NCBI RefSeq assembly: GCF_000012905.2
Contig: NC_007493.2
Coordinates: 210,001 to 242,000, forward strand
DNA length: 32,000 nt
Source of the DNA: Cereibacter sphaeroides 2.4.1
GTDB taxonomy: Bacteria; Pseudomonadota; Alphaproteobacteria; Rhodobacterales; Rhodobacteraceae
Direction: 5' to 3'
Shown here: piece after piece, positions 16,073 to 25,091 of the stretch
Numbering within the stretch: the first letter of the stretch is position 1
Layout: each line of letters starts with the position of its first letter
The notes under the pieces: generated by a model
What the model was told of the DNA's origin: nothing
The model's input: only the letters and a program-made list of their open reading frames with translations
The model's database searches: none
Translations under genes and position numbers: made by a program

Positions 16073-16142
16073 TCGACGGAGCCGCTGCAGGGAGGCCTTT
16101 GTCCGATCCCGAGCGGCACCCTGCTCGCTTCAATATCGTCGC

Positions 16143-16460
16143 TCACCCCGCGCTCCGTCCTCGCCAGAGCCGCTCCAGCATCGCCGTCGTCCCGCGCGGG
16201 CCGAGATAGGCCAGCATAGCCACGAGGCCCATCGCCGCGCGGCCGTCGAGGTCGAGATACGAACTTAGGGCCTCGCCGATGAAGGCCATGGCGACGAGGG
16301 CGGGGATCTCCCAGAGGAGTTCGCGGCCGAAGAAGGCGCGGCGGCGGGCGCGGACCTCGCCGGTGTGATACATGAGCCGGCCCATGGCGGCCGCGATCAG
16401 CGTGGCGATGGCCCCGCCCCAGAGCGCCGTGATGGTGTCGATCAGTCCCTTTTCCGGCAT
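16143..16460 (-). CDS. Putative phage holin (small protein with three transmembrane segments)
   Basis: 105 aa with hydrophobic segments ITALWGGAIATLIAAAMG, LLWEIPALVAMAFIGEAL, AAMGLVAMLAYLG and a basic C-terminus. Sits at the end of the tail module. Confidence 0.5.
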   Translation of the reverse strand: MPEKGLIDTITALWGGAIATLIAAAMGRLMYHTGEVRARRRAFFGRELLWEIPALVAMAFIGEALSSYLDLDGRAAMGLVAMLAYLGPRGTTAMLERLWRGRSAG

Positions 16461-16593
16461 CGCGCCGCTCCTGTTGTGCGCGCGTCGCGCGGGTCTCGTC
16501 CCGGCCGGGGGCGGCCGGGTCCTGTCATGATGATCGGGAAGGCGGGGGCGCCTCAGGCGGCCGACTGCTTGACGCGCGCCTGCTCGATGAGAC

Positions 16594-16932
16594 TCACAGC
16601 CTCACCTCTGCGGCCTCGATGAACAGCCGGTCGGTCTCCTCCGGGGAGAGGCCGAGGAGGAAGGCCAGCGTGTCCGTCGTCTCCGAATCCCGGACGAGCA
16701 CCGTCGCGCCGCGCAGCGCGGCCCGCATCGCCCAGGGGTAGGCCGCGTCCTCCGCGATGGCCATTGCCTGGCCCCACTTCTCCTCGCCGACCACGATCAT
16801 GGCCTGGAGGACGCTGATCTCGGCCGGCCCCCGCGCGCGGGCCTCGGCCTGCGCCCTGATGTCCCGGGCCTTCACGAGCCTGCTGTAATCGATGGTCGCG
16901 CTTGTCATCGCTGCTGCTCTCTTTCTTGCCAT
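16594..16932 (-). CDS. Hypothetical phage protein
   Basis: 112-aa ORF with GC3-rich codons, tightly packed (3-nt gap) after the upstream gene. Confidence 0.5.
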   Translation of the reverse strand: MARKRAAAMTSATIDYSRLVKARDIRAQAEARARGPAEISVLQAMIVVGEEKWGQAMAIAEDAAYPWAMRAALRGATVLVRDSETTDTLAFLLGLSPEETDRLFIEAAEVRL

Positions 16933-16935
16933 GGA

Positions 16936-17253
16936 TCAGCCCTCCGCGAACGGCGGGAGATAGGGCGGGATCGGGATATCCTGATCCTCGACCTCGAGGA
17001 TGCCGGGGGTCGGCAAGGGCAGGTCCCCGTAATAGCCGTGCGGGAAGACCACCTCGAACTCGAGGACGCCGTTCACCCGGGTGACGTTGCTCGTGACCCA
17101 CGTGTTGTCCATGGCGTCCCAGGGCAGCACATCGCCCTCCTCGACGCCGCTGAAGTCGTAGACCATGTCGTTGCAGGTCAGGGTGTCGCCCTGCACCCGG
17201 AAGACGGTCAGCTCATACATCCGCCGAAGCGGAACCATGCGAATGCGCATCAT
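16936..17253 (-). CDS. Hypothetical phage protein downstream of the fibre gene
   Basis: 105-aa ORF, 6 nt after the fibre stop, same strand and operon. Confidence 0.5.
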   Translation of the reverse strand: MMRIRMVPLRRMYELTVFRVQGDTLTCNDMVYDFSGVEEGDVLPWDAMDNTWVTSNVTRVNGVLEFEVVFPHGYYGDLPLPTPGILEVEDQDIPIPPYLPPFAEG

Positions 17254-17259
17254 GGCGGA

Positions 17260-18744
17260 TTACCTCCAGCGGCCGGTGACGAGAAGATCGACGGTCTGCG
17301 TGGCCCCGTAGGACGTCGGAGCCAGCAGCATGTAGGCGGCCACGTTCGAGGCCCCCGGCCGGCCGAGGAGCGAGATCACCGAACCGCCCCGGCAGCCGCC
17401 GGTCACGCAATGGCCGTTCAGGGCCGCGCTCACGAACTCGACGGGCAGCGTCACCGTCTGCCATTCGGTGCGATAGAGCGACCCCTGCGGCGTGGTCGGA
17501 CCCGGAACCCCGGTCTGGACCAGGCGGCAGAGCTGCGTCCCATCCGCAAAGCGGACATATTCGGCGCCAGCGGTCTCGCCCTTTTCGATGATGCCGCCGC
17601 GCGGAAAGCCGGAGGCCCAGCTGACGGCGCCGACGATGTTGCGCTGGTCGTAGGTCAGGAACCAGTCGCCCCAGCTGGTATCCTTGTGCCGGCACCAGCG
17701 CCCGGTATCGGATGCCGTCTGAGGATAGGCGATCTGCACCGCGCGGGCCGCCCCGTGCTGGATGTGCTGCAGGGTGCCGACGCCCATGCCGGCGGGACGG
17801 TTCAGCGTGGCGCCCGTCACCTGATAGAAGCCGGTCGTCCCGATCTGGTCGGCATCGTTGCCCGGGATCGGGCGCGCCGTGCCGCCGAGCCCGTAGTCCC
17901 CGACCTTCAGGAGGCGCCCGGGCGTGGTGTCGAGATCGCTCTGGGTCACGGCCGTGCCGGACAGGAGCCCCTGCAGCTGCATGCCGGAGGGCGTGAACCG
18001 TGCCCGCTCCGTCCCCTGACAGGTGACGCCGATCTCGTTCTCGGCCGCGAGGAAGAAGCCGGTGTTCGAGCCGACCTCGCCGTTGAAGGTGAGGCCGGGG
18101 AAGGTCTGGGTCCCGTCCGGCACGCTGAAGGGCACGAGCGCCGCCGCGCGGCCGGAGCCGACGCGGAACCGTTCCTCTCCCCCGGCCGCGATCCCGAGCA
18201 GGTCGGCCGCGGCCCGGAAGATCCCGGTGTCGAGATCGCCCGCGAAGGTGAGGCCGGGGGCTCCCGCCGCCCCGCCGGGAAGCGCGGCCGGCAGCGTGGA
18301 CTGGAAGTGGGTGGTGGAGAAGAAGCCACGCGTCACGCCGCCGGTGACGAAGTGGAGGACGTCCGCCCCATCGCTGCGGATCCCGGTGTTGGGATCGGCC
18401 TCGAACGAGATCCCCGGCGCCGCGGCCGTGCCGAGCGGCGCCCGGAGCGGCACGGTCGAGGTGAGCGCGAGGGCCGAGACCGTGAGCCGGAGGACGCCGC
18501 CGGCCGTCACCCCCACCGCGTTGCTGCCCGGCCGGAAGAGCCCGGTGTCGGGATCGCCCTTCCAGACGAGGCCGGGCGCGGCCGCGGTGCCGTCCCCGAA
18601 GCCCGCGCCGGTGAGATAGGGCAGAAGCGCGTTCAGCTCGGCCACGAAGGCCGGGAACCAGCCGAGGAAGGCGTCGGCATCGTCGTTGAAGGTGCCGGGG
18701 TTGCCGCTGTTCGGCGGCGTCGGCGGGGGAGAGAAGAAGTCCAT
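17260..18744 (-). CDS. Tail fibre / receptor-binding protein with four 53-aa tandem repeats
   Basis: ATG 18744 with AAGGAA upstream, 17 nt after the previous stop (track start 18804 would overlap that gene by 44 nt). Repeats of the form G-x-AAAPG-[LI]-x-F-x-x-D-x-[DN]-TG-[IL]-[FR]. Distinct C-terminal domain. Confidence 0.75.
   Translation of the reverse strand: MDFFSPPPTPPNSGNPGTFNDDADAFLGWFPAFVAELNALLPYLTGAGFGDGTAAAPGLVWKGDPDTGLFRPGSNAVGVTAGGVLRLTVSALALTSTVPLRAPLGTAAAPGISFEADPNTGIRSDGADVLHFVTGGVTRGFFSTTHFQSTLPAALPGGAAGAPGLTFAGDLDTGIFRAAADLLGIAAGGEERFRVGSGRAAALVPFSVPDGTQTFPGLTFNGEVGSNTGFFLAAENEIGVTCQGTERARFTPSGMQLQGLLSGTAVTQSDLDTTPGRLLKVGDYGLGGTARPIPGNDADQIGTTGFYQVTGATLNRPAGMGVGTLQHIQHGAARAVQIAYPQTASDTGRWCRHKDTSWGDWFLTYDQRNIVGAVSWASGFPRGGIIEKGETAGAEYVRFADGTQLCRLVQTGVPGPTTPQGSLYRTEWQTVTLPVEFVSAALNGHCVTGGCRGGSVISLLGRPGASNVAAYMLLAPTSYGATQTVDLLVTGRWR
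17980..18591 (-). repeat. Four in-frame 159-nt (53-aa) tandem repeats inside the fibre gene
   Basis: The P-G dipeptide of the motif recurs at ORF residues 77-78, 130-131, 183-184 and 236-237, an exact period of 53. Confidence 0.7.
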
Positions 18745-18760
18745 GGGGAGGTTCCTTGCG

Positions 18761-19651
18761 TCAGGCGAGGCTCTCGACCTCGGCGCGGCCGTCGCAGATG
18801 GCATGGCCGAGGGTCAGGTCGTAATCGCGGAGGATGCCGGCGACGGTGGTGCCCCAGAGGTCGACCCCTTCGCCGGCATAGAAGACGGCGAGCCGGCTCG
18901 AGACCCGCTCCATGATCGACTGGACGCGCGCTGCGCCCTCGAGCGGGACCTGGAAGGCCAGCGAGACGGTGCGGGTGACGGGGCGCGGCACGATATAGAG
19001 CCCGCCCCATTCGTCGCGCTGCTTCACGGAATAGTCGACGAGGCCGAGGCCGGTGCCCGCCACCGTGGTGCCGACCGGCGTGTCGCGGCCCATCACGATC
19101 TCGCCCACGCGGGTGACGGCGCCCCCCGTGACCGTGATGTCGAGCGTGGCCCCGGCCGGCAGGGGAGCGGCCACGATCACGTTCGGGGTGAAGGCGAACT
19201 CGGTGAAGACATATTCCCAGAAGGTGCCCACCGGGTCGCGGGCGACGAGACCCTCCGTCCGGTCGTGGATCGTCACGCCTGCGGGGGTGGTGACCTTCAC
19301 CCGGACGGAGGCCGCATCGAGGTTGAAGAAGGCGATGCGGTTCAGCGTGCGCGGCAGCCGGATGGAATAGGTTATCGTGGGGCCGCCGACCGTCTGGCCG
19401 CCGATCCGTTCGTCGAAGGCGCGCCAGCGGTTGGTGGCCCCGATCCGGAGCCACCAGCTGCCGAGCACGTCCGCCGCGGGATCGTGACCTGTGTTTCCGT
19501 CGGCCACGCTCTCCCAGACGCCGTGATGGGCCACCACGCGCGCGCCCCGGGCGTAGGTCGCGCCTGCGCCCCAGGCGGGATGATCGTCCTCGGGGATGTT
19601 GCTCGCGAGGAGTGCGGCCGGCGTGACCGGGGTCGGCAGGATGATCCGCAT
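18761..19651 (-). CDS. Minor/distal tail protein
   Basis: ATG overlaps the tape-measure stop (TGATG). 296 aa, immediately after the TMP as distal tail proteins are. The N-terminal W...Y..G..V...VW.S...N motif resembles a small carbohydrate-binding module. Confidence 0.6.
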   Translation of the reverse strand: MRIILPTPVTPAALLASNIPEDDHPAWGAGATYARGARVVAHHGVWESVADGNTGHDPAADVLGSWWLRIGATNRWRAFDERIGGQTVGGPTITYSIRLPRTLNRIAFFNLDAASVRVKVTTPAGVTIHDRTEGLVARDPVGTFWEYVFTEFAFTPNVIVAAPLPAGATLDITVTGGAVTRVGEIVMGRDTPVGTTVAGTGLGLVDYSVKQRDEWGGLYIVPRPVTRTVSLAFQVPLEGAARVQSIMERVSSRLAVFYAGEGVDLWGTTVAGILRDYDLTLGHAICDGRAEVESLA

Positions 19652-22600
19652 CAGACGGCCTCCGTCGGGTCGATCCGCACCCCCACCGTGCCGATCCGGC
19701 GCAGGTCCTTCGCGGTGGCGGTGGAGGCCTCGGCGCCCTTGCGGGCCCAGACCTTCATCTCGGCCAGCTCGCGCGCGATCTCCGCATTCTCGGCCCGCAG
19801 CGCCACGAGCTCGGCCTGCAGATCGCGCACGGCGCCTGCCACCTCGGAGGCGCCCATGGCGGCGCCGCCGAGGATGTCGGCGGTTCGGCCGGCGCTGTGG
19901 ATCCGGCTCGGGCCGGTGGCCTCGAGCTCAGGCCCGAGCTCGCCCACGAGGCGCAGGCCGCCCGCATGCAGCCCGCCCGCGGCGAAGCCCGGGACATCGA
20001 GGCCGATGGCCGACCAGTCGAACACCTCCGGCTTGAAGGGGCGCAGCCCCGCGAGGATCGCCTCCCGGCCGTGGTTGCGGTAGTGGATGGTCGGGTCGTA
20101 GCCGTACTCGTCGGCCGCCACGTCCGGATAGAGCCGAAGATAATCGGCGGTATCGAGCGGAATCCGGCCCTGCCGCTGCTGGAAGAGGCTCCAGAGGTAG
20201 TCCTTCAAACTCCCCGGCAGCCGGCGGATCGTCTCGATCCCGTCGGTGGTCGAGAAGCCCTCGATGGCCCGCATGATCTGGGCTGTGGTCTTGCCGGTCG
20301 TGTCGATGCCCGCCGTCTTGGCCATGGCGCCGATCTGGGCATCCGTGGCCAGAATGTCCCCGGCGGCATTGGTCGCGAGGCCACCGGCGAAGGCCGACAG
20401 CGCCGCTCCGCGCTCGCGCTGCCCGGCCGCGCGCTCTTGGGCCAGGATCGCGTCCCTCAGATCGTCGAGCGCGGTGCGCAGCGCCGTCATCGGCGCCGTG
20501 AGCGTGGTCCGCGTCGTCGTCTCGAACCAGCTCGAGAAGCCGGTCGAGGGGTCGAAGGCGAAGCTGCCGCCGAGCGTGATCCGGCCGCCCTGGGCGCCGA
20601 GGGCCTTCAGGAGCTCCGCCATGCCGAGGTCGGAGGCGGGCCTGTCCATCACCAGCGCGAGCCGGCGCACCGACTGCGCCACGCGGACGGTGGCGAGCGC
20701 GCGCAGATCCTCGGGCAGCGCCTCGGTCTTCGCCAGAAAGTCGATCCGCGCGAGATGGTCGGAGGAGGCCTTCGCCGCGATCCAGACCAGATCCGGCGTG
20801 AGATCCATCCGCCGCAGCACCATGTTGAGCGAGACCTCGACGCCGCTCGTGGCATTCCGGAGGATGCGGCGCAGGTCGGCCGGAATGTCCGCCGTCGCCA
20901 TCAGCCCCACGGTCACATCGATCCGCTCGCGCAGCGCGGCGTAGGAGATCTCCTTCGCCGCCGCGATGGCGCCTTCGAGGCTCCCCAACTGCGCATTCAG
21001 CGCCGCGATCTGCTCGGGCTTCAGCGCCTCGCCACCGGTGAGGTAGTCCCGCACCTCGGTCAGGAGATCGACCTGCTCCCGATAGAGGCTGGCCAGCACA
21101 TCCTCCTTCGCCCCCTCGAGGCCGGTCACGCCCTGCAGGAGCTGGAGGTCGGAGAGCACCTGCGCCTGTGCGCGCGCCACATCCACCGCCGACCGGGCCT
21201 GCCCGCGCACGGCCTCGATATAGGCCGAGGCCGCGCCGGAGACGGCTTTGGCGGCCTCCTGATCGCCTGCCATCGCGCTCGCCAGCATCGTCTGGTAGCG
21301 CGCCTGCGACTGCGCCGCGGCCACCGCCGGGCCGATCAGCTCGGACGCGGCCGAGCGCAGATCGCCGATATAGGACCGCAGAGACAGCGTGACCTGATAC
21401 CAGCCCTTCGCCGCCGCGGCCGCCGCGCTCTGGGCCTCGGCCGCGCCGGAGATCATCCCGTCGAGATCCGTGGTGATCGTGCCCACGAGGCCCGCCAGCT
21501 CGGCCGAGAGGCCGGCCACGCTCGGCAGGATCTGGTCCATCACGCCGGCCATTCCCACGAGGGCCGCGTAAAGCTCCCGGCCCCGCTCGGTGGTGAGATC
21601 CTGCGCCTCGACCAGCCGGCGGTATTCGGCGCGGGTCTCGGGCAGTGCGATGCCCATCCGGGCCAGCGCCTCGGTCGCCTGCCGGGTCGCGGTCTCCATC
21701 CGCTCGGCCTCGCTATAGAAGGCCTGATAGTAGGAGGAGGTGGCGGAGACCAATCCCTCGAGCCCGCCGAAGAGCGCGGCCAGATCCGAGGCCATGCCGG
21801 CCGTCACCATGTCCACGGCACGGAAGCTCATGCCCAGCGTGTCCATGACACCGTTGACCCCGGACATGGCCGCACTCAGCCGCTGCAGCGCCTCGACGAA
21901 GCTCTCGCCCTCCTTGACCAGAGCGGCGAGCTCGGGGCGGGTCGAGACGAGCGTGTTGCCCGCGATCAGCTCGGCCAGGTCGCCCTGCCGCTTCCGGCCG
22001 AGGAAGGCGGAGAGAATCTTGTCGCCGAGGGATCCCTTGAGCCCGCTCACCACCGCATCGGAGGTGCCCTCCGCGATCCGCTTCTCGAGGTCCCGGATCG
22101 CCTGGTCGTTCCGGCCGACATAGCCGAAGGCGCGGGCGGCGAAGCTGTCGCCGAGCTCCGCGAGCTTCTCCTGCAGCTTGGTCCCGATCTCCTCGTCCGA
22201 CAGGCCCTTGGTCGAGAATCTGACCGAGGCTGCGAAGCCCTTGAACGCCTCGGCGCCGATGCCGAGCGTGTCCGCCACATCCATGACCGAGGCCTGCATC
22301 TGGCTCACGGCCTTGACGATAGGGCCCGCCACCGCGCCGTCCGCGAGGCCATAGCTCGTGCGCCGCGACTTCGAGAGCCCGCCGAACCGGAACTTCTCCA
22401 CCTTCCGGTAGCTCTCCACCATCGCGTTCAGTTCGCGCACCGTGACGCGGAGGCCTGCATCGAGGAGCTTCGTCTTCGAGCCGAAGAAGGAGAAGGCCGC
22501 CGCCACGGCGGCAATGGGGCCGAGGATCGCGCCCGCCGCCTGCGCGAAGCCTGCGAGGCCGCTCGTCGCCATGCTCAGAGACTGGCCGATATAGGCGAAG

Positions 22601-24657
22601 CCCCCGGAGAGGCCGCCCGAGAAGAAGTTGCCGAGCGAGCCCAGAGCGCCGCTGCCGAAGGCGCTGAAGGCATTGCCGATGCCGCCCAGGAACCCGCCAC
22701 CGCCCCCGCCGCCGAAGAGGCTGCCCAGCATCCCCAGGCCGCCGCCGCCCATGCCCGGCACGCCCGCCGCCGCGGTGCCGGCCAGGCCGCCGGAGCCCAG
22801 CCCCATCCCGATGACGATCCGGTTGCGCGCCGCCGTGGCGATCATCTCGGCCAGCATGCTCTTGAAGCTTCCGAGGACGTTGCCCACGAACCCCTTGAAG
22901 TCCCTGAACCCGCCGGCAACGAAGTCGCCCCACGCCGTGGCCACGTCGCCGATGATCGGGATGCCCTCGCCGAGCTCCTTATTCAGCTCGCCGATGGCGC
23001 GCCGGTGCTCGTCCGCCGAGAGCAGGCCCTTCTTCGAGAGCTCGCCCAGCTTCGCGATCTCCTCGCGGTACTTCTCAACCGGCGTCTTCAGCCGCTCCTT
23101 CCACGCCTTCGCGGCCGTGACGAGATCGGAGAGCTTCTGCTTCGCCCCGCCCGCGGCGGCGCCGAGGTCGGACAGGTTGTCGCCGAGATCGGAGACGGGC
23201 GGCGCCGCCCCGTCGGCGGCCTCCCCGGTGCCCGTCACCGCGGAGCGCAGCTCGGCCGCGGCGGCGGCTGCGGCCTCGAAGCCCTCCGAGGCGAGCGCCC
23301 GGGCCTCCTCCTTCAGCGCCTGCGCCTCGTCGCGCGCACCCTCGGCGGCCGAGGTCAGGGCATGGACGCCAGACCCGGCGAGGATCGCCATGTTGCCCAC
23401 ATCGAGCGCCGCATCGCCCATGCCGGGGATCGCGGCCATCCCCTGCGACAGGTTGCGCAGGAAGTCGGTCCATTTGCGGGCGACGGCGGCGATCATGGTC
23501 AGAAAGCCCGCCTCGACCGTCTTCCAGACCGCGTTCAGCGCCGGGCCGAGGGCGGTGGCGCTGGTCTTCATCCCCTCCCAGACGCCGCGGGCGACCCGGC
23601 CCATGATCTCCATGGCAGCGCCGAGCCCGCCCACCGCCTTGACCGCGCGCGTGATCTGGAAGGCCAGCTCGCCCACGGCCACGACAGCGATCCCGAGCCC
23701 GGTGCGGATCAGGGCCGCGCGGGTGGCGACGAGCCCCGCGACAAACGCCCAGGCCGCGCGGGTGGCGACGATCAGGGCCGGCGTCATCGAGACGGCCAGC
23801 GCCGCCGCCGCCGTCGCGGTATAGACCGCCAGCCGGTCGATGTTGTCCGCCACCGCGCCGGCGACCGCACCGATCCCGTCGATCACGCCGCGCAGGAGCC
23901 CGCCCTCGCGCATGGAATTGGTGAAGGCCACGGCCATGGCCTCGACCGCGGGGGCGAGCTCGGCCGCGATCCGGTCGCGGGCGGCCGAGACCGCCGTGGC
24001 CATCTGCCCGAGCGCGAGGTGCGCGTCGCGGAGCGCGGCCACCGCCTCGTCGCCGAGGATCGCGCCGAGGTCGGCCGCCTGATCCCCGAGCCGCTCCATC
24101 TCGGCGCCGTTGTTGCGCAGAAGCGGCAGGAGCAGGGTCGCGTCGTTGGCGATGGCCTCCATGTAGAAGGTCATCTCGGCCTGCGAGACGCCGGCCTTCT
24201 CGAGGCTCGAGACATAGAGCTGCAGCGCCTGGGGCCCCGAGAGGTTGCGGAACTCCTTCGCCGTGACGCCGACCTTCGGCGCGATCTTCTCGAAGAAGTC
24301 CTTCATCTCGCCGCCGCCTGTCGAGAGGAAGTCGCCCACCTTGTCGTTCACGTCCTTCAGGATGTCGGCGAGCTTCTCCTGCTCGATGCCCACGCTCTTC
24401 GATGCGGCCGACCAGCGCTGCAGCGTCCCGGGCGTGGTGTTCGCGACCTGCGCCAGCCGCGAGATCTCGTTCGCGGCCCGCGCGGTCGGCACGACGATGC
24501 CCGTCATGGCGGCGCCGACCGTGGCGCCGATGGCCGAGAGCGCGCCGAAGGCCTTGGCCGCCGCCCCGAGAGACGATTGCGCCTTCTTCAGGCCCTTCTG
24601 GAACTCTGCGCTGTCGAGGCCGAGGTTGACCCGGAGCGCGCCGATGACTGCCGACAT
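19651..24657 (-). CDS. Tail tape measure protein (1668 aa)
   Basis: ATG 24657 preceded by AGGAGG (track ATG 24672 lies inside the RBS region). Long Ala-rich helical protein. Gly-rich hydrophobic segment GGLGMLGSLFGGGGGGGFLGG. C-terminal VGELGPEL motif. Positioned after G/GT. Confidence 0.9.
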   Translation of the reverse strand: MSAVIGALRVNLGLDSAEFQKGLKKAQSSLGAAAKAFGALSAIGATVGAAMTGIVVPTARAANEISRLAQVANTTPGTLQRWSAASKSVGIEQEKLADILKDVNDKVGDFLSTGGGEMKDFFEKIAPKVGVTAKEFRNLSGPQALQLYVSSLEKAGVSQAEMTFYMEAIANDATLLLPLLRNNGAEMERLGDQAADLGAILGDEAVAALRDAHLALGQMATAVSAARDRIAAELAPAVEAMAVAFTNSMREGGLLRGVIDGIGAVAGAVADNIDRLAVYTATAAAALAVSMTPALIVATRAAWAFVAGLVATRAALIRTGLGIAVVAVGELAFQITRAVKAVGGLGAAMEIMGRVARGVWEGMKTSATALGPALNAVWKTVEAGFLTMIAAVARKWTDFLRNLSQGMAAIPGMGDAALDVGNMAILAGSGVHALTSAAEGARDEAQALKEEARALASEGFEAAAAAAAELRSAVTGTGEAADGAAPPVSDLGDNLSDLGAAAGGAKQKLSDLVTAAKAWKERLKTPVEKYREEIAKLGELSKKGLLSADEHRRAIGELNKELGEGIPIIGDVATAWGDFVAGGFRDFKGFVGNVLGSFKSMLAEMIATAARNRIVIGMGLGSGGLAGTAAAGVPGMGGGGLGMLGSLFGGGGGGGFLGGIGNAFSAFGSGALGSLGNFFSGGLSGGFAYIGQSLSMATSGLAGFAQAAGAILGPIAAVAAAFSFFGSKTKLLDAGLRVTVRELNAMVESYRKVEKFRFGGLSKSRRTSYGLADGAVAGPIVKAVSQMQASVMDVADTLGIGAEAFKGFAASVRFSTKGLSDEEIGTKLQEKLAELGDSFAARAFGYVGRNDQAIRDLEKRIAEGTSDAVVSGLKGSLGDKILSAFLGRKRQGDLAELIAGNTLVSTRPELAALVKEGESFVEALQRLSAAMSGVNGVMDTLGMSFRAVDMVTAGMASDLAALFGGLEGLVSATSSYYQAFYSEAERMETATRQATEALARMGIALPETRAEYRRLVEAQDLTTERGRELYAALVGMAGVMDQILPSVAGLSAELAGLVGTITTDLDGMISGAAEAQSAAAAAAKGWYQVTLSLRSYIGDLRSAASELIGPAVAAAQSQARYQTMLASAMAGDQEAAKAVSGAASAYIEAVRGQARSAVDVARAQAQVLSDLQLLQGVTGLEGAKEDVLASLYREQVDLLTEVRDYLTGGEALKPEQIAALNAQLGSLEGAIAAAKEISYAALRERIDVTVGLMATADIPADLRRILRNATSGVEVSLNMVLRRMDLTPDLVWIAAKASSDHLARIDFLAKTEALPEDLRALATVRVAQSVRRLALVMDRPASDLGMAELLKALGAQGGRITLGGSFAFDPSTGFSSWFETTTRTTLTAPMTALRTALDDLRDAILAQERAAGQRERGAALSAFAGGLATNAAGDILATDAQIGAMAKTAGIDTTGKTTAQIMRAIEGFSTTDGIETIRRLPGSLKDYLWSLFQQRQGRIPLDTADYLRLYPDVAADEYGYDPTIHYRNHGREAILAGLRPFKPEVFDWSAIGLDVPGFAAGGLHAGGLRLVGELGPELEATGPSRIHSAGRTADILGGAAMGASEVAGAVRDLQAELVALRAENAEIARELAEMKVWARKGAEASTATAKDLRRIGTVGVRIDPTEAV

Positions 24658-24719
24658 GGGAAGCCTCCTCATGGAGAAGGCCGCCCGGAGGCGGCCTGGT
24701 CAGTTGCGATGGTGGGGGA

Positions 24720-25091
24720 TTACCCGCGCCCTCTGAGCGCCATCCCGATGAGCAGGCCGCGCACCCGCTCATGGTCGGTGTCACAGGCGGTCTCCGCCTT
24801 CCGCGCGGGCGGCGCGCTTGCCTCTGCCGGCGGCTTGTAGTCCGGCATCTTGCTTGGCTGGTGGAAGGCGAAGGCCACGAGGGTCGCGAGCTCGTGCTGC
24901 AGGACGCGCCTGTCCTCGATCTCGCGCCGGCGCCGCTTGTAGTCGCCCTCGAGCACCCCCAGCACCTCGCGCGGGGTGAGCCGCCAGAAGGGCTCATACT
25001 CCTGCCCGGCAGCGAGCCACCGGGCGAGGAGGTCTTCGATCAGGCCGCGGCCGGCTTGGCTTTCGCTCTGGCCGGCGCCGGGGCGTTTCCC
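24720..25091 (-). CDS. T-part of the tail assembly chaperone GT, reached by a -1 frameshift from G
   Basis: The -1 frame is open from 25100 to the TAA at 24720 and has no start codon of its own until 24965. Slippery heptamer at 25085-25091. Confidence 0.55.
   Translation of the reverse strand, partial: GKRPGAGQSESQAGRGLIEDLLARWLAAGQEYEPFWRLTPREVLGVLEGDYKRRRREIEDRRVLQHELATLVAFAFHQPSKMPDYKPPAEASAPPARKAETACDTDHERVRGLLIGMALRGRG

Noticed and set aside
19897-24840. 1647-aa plus-strand ORF antisense to the tape measure gene. Similar long antisense or off-frame ORFs occur at 17038-18915, 18686-20083, 13302-14777, 27266-29563, 30484-31521 and 23075-24997.
   Set aside because: Extremely Arg/Gly/Pro-rich, with no start context. 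They fully overlap genes that have clear family signatures, so they are high-GC artefacts.
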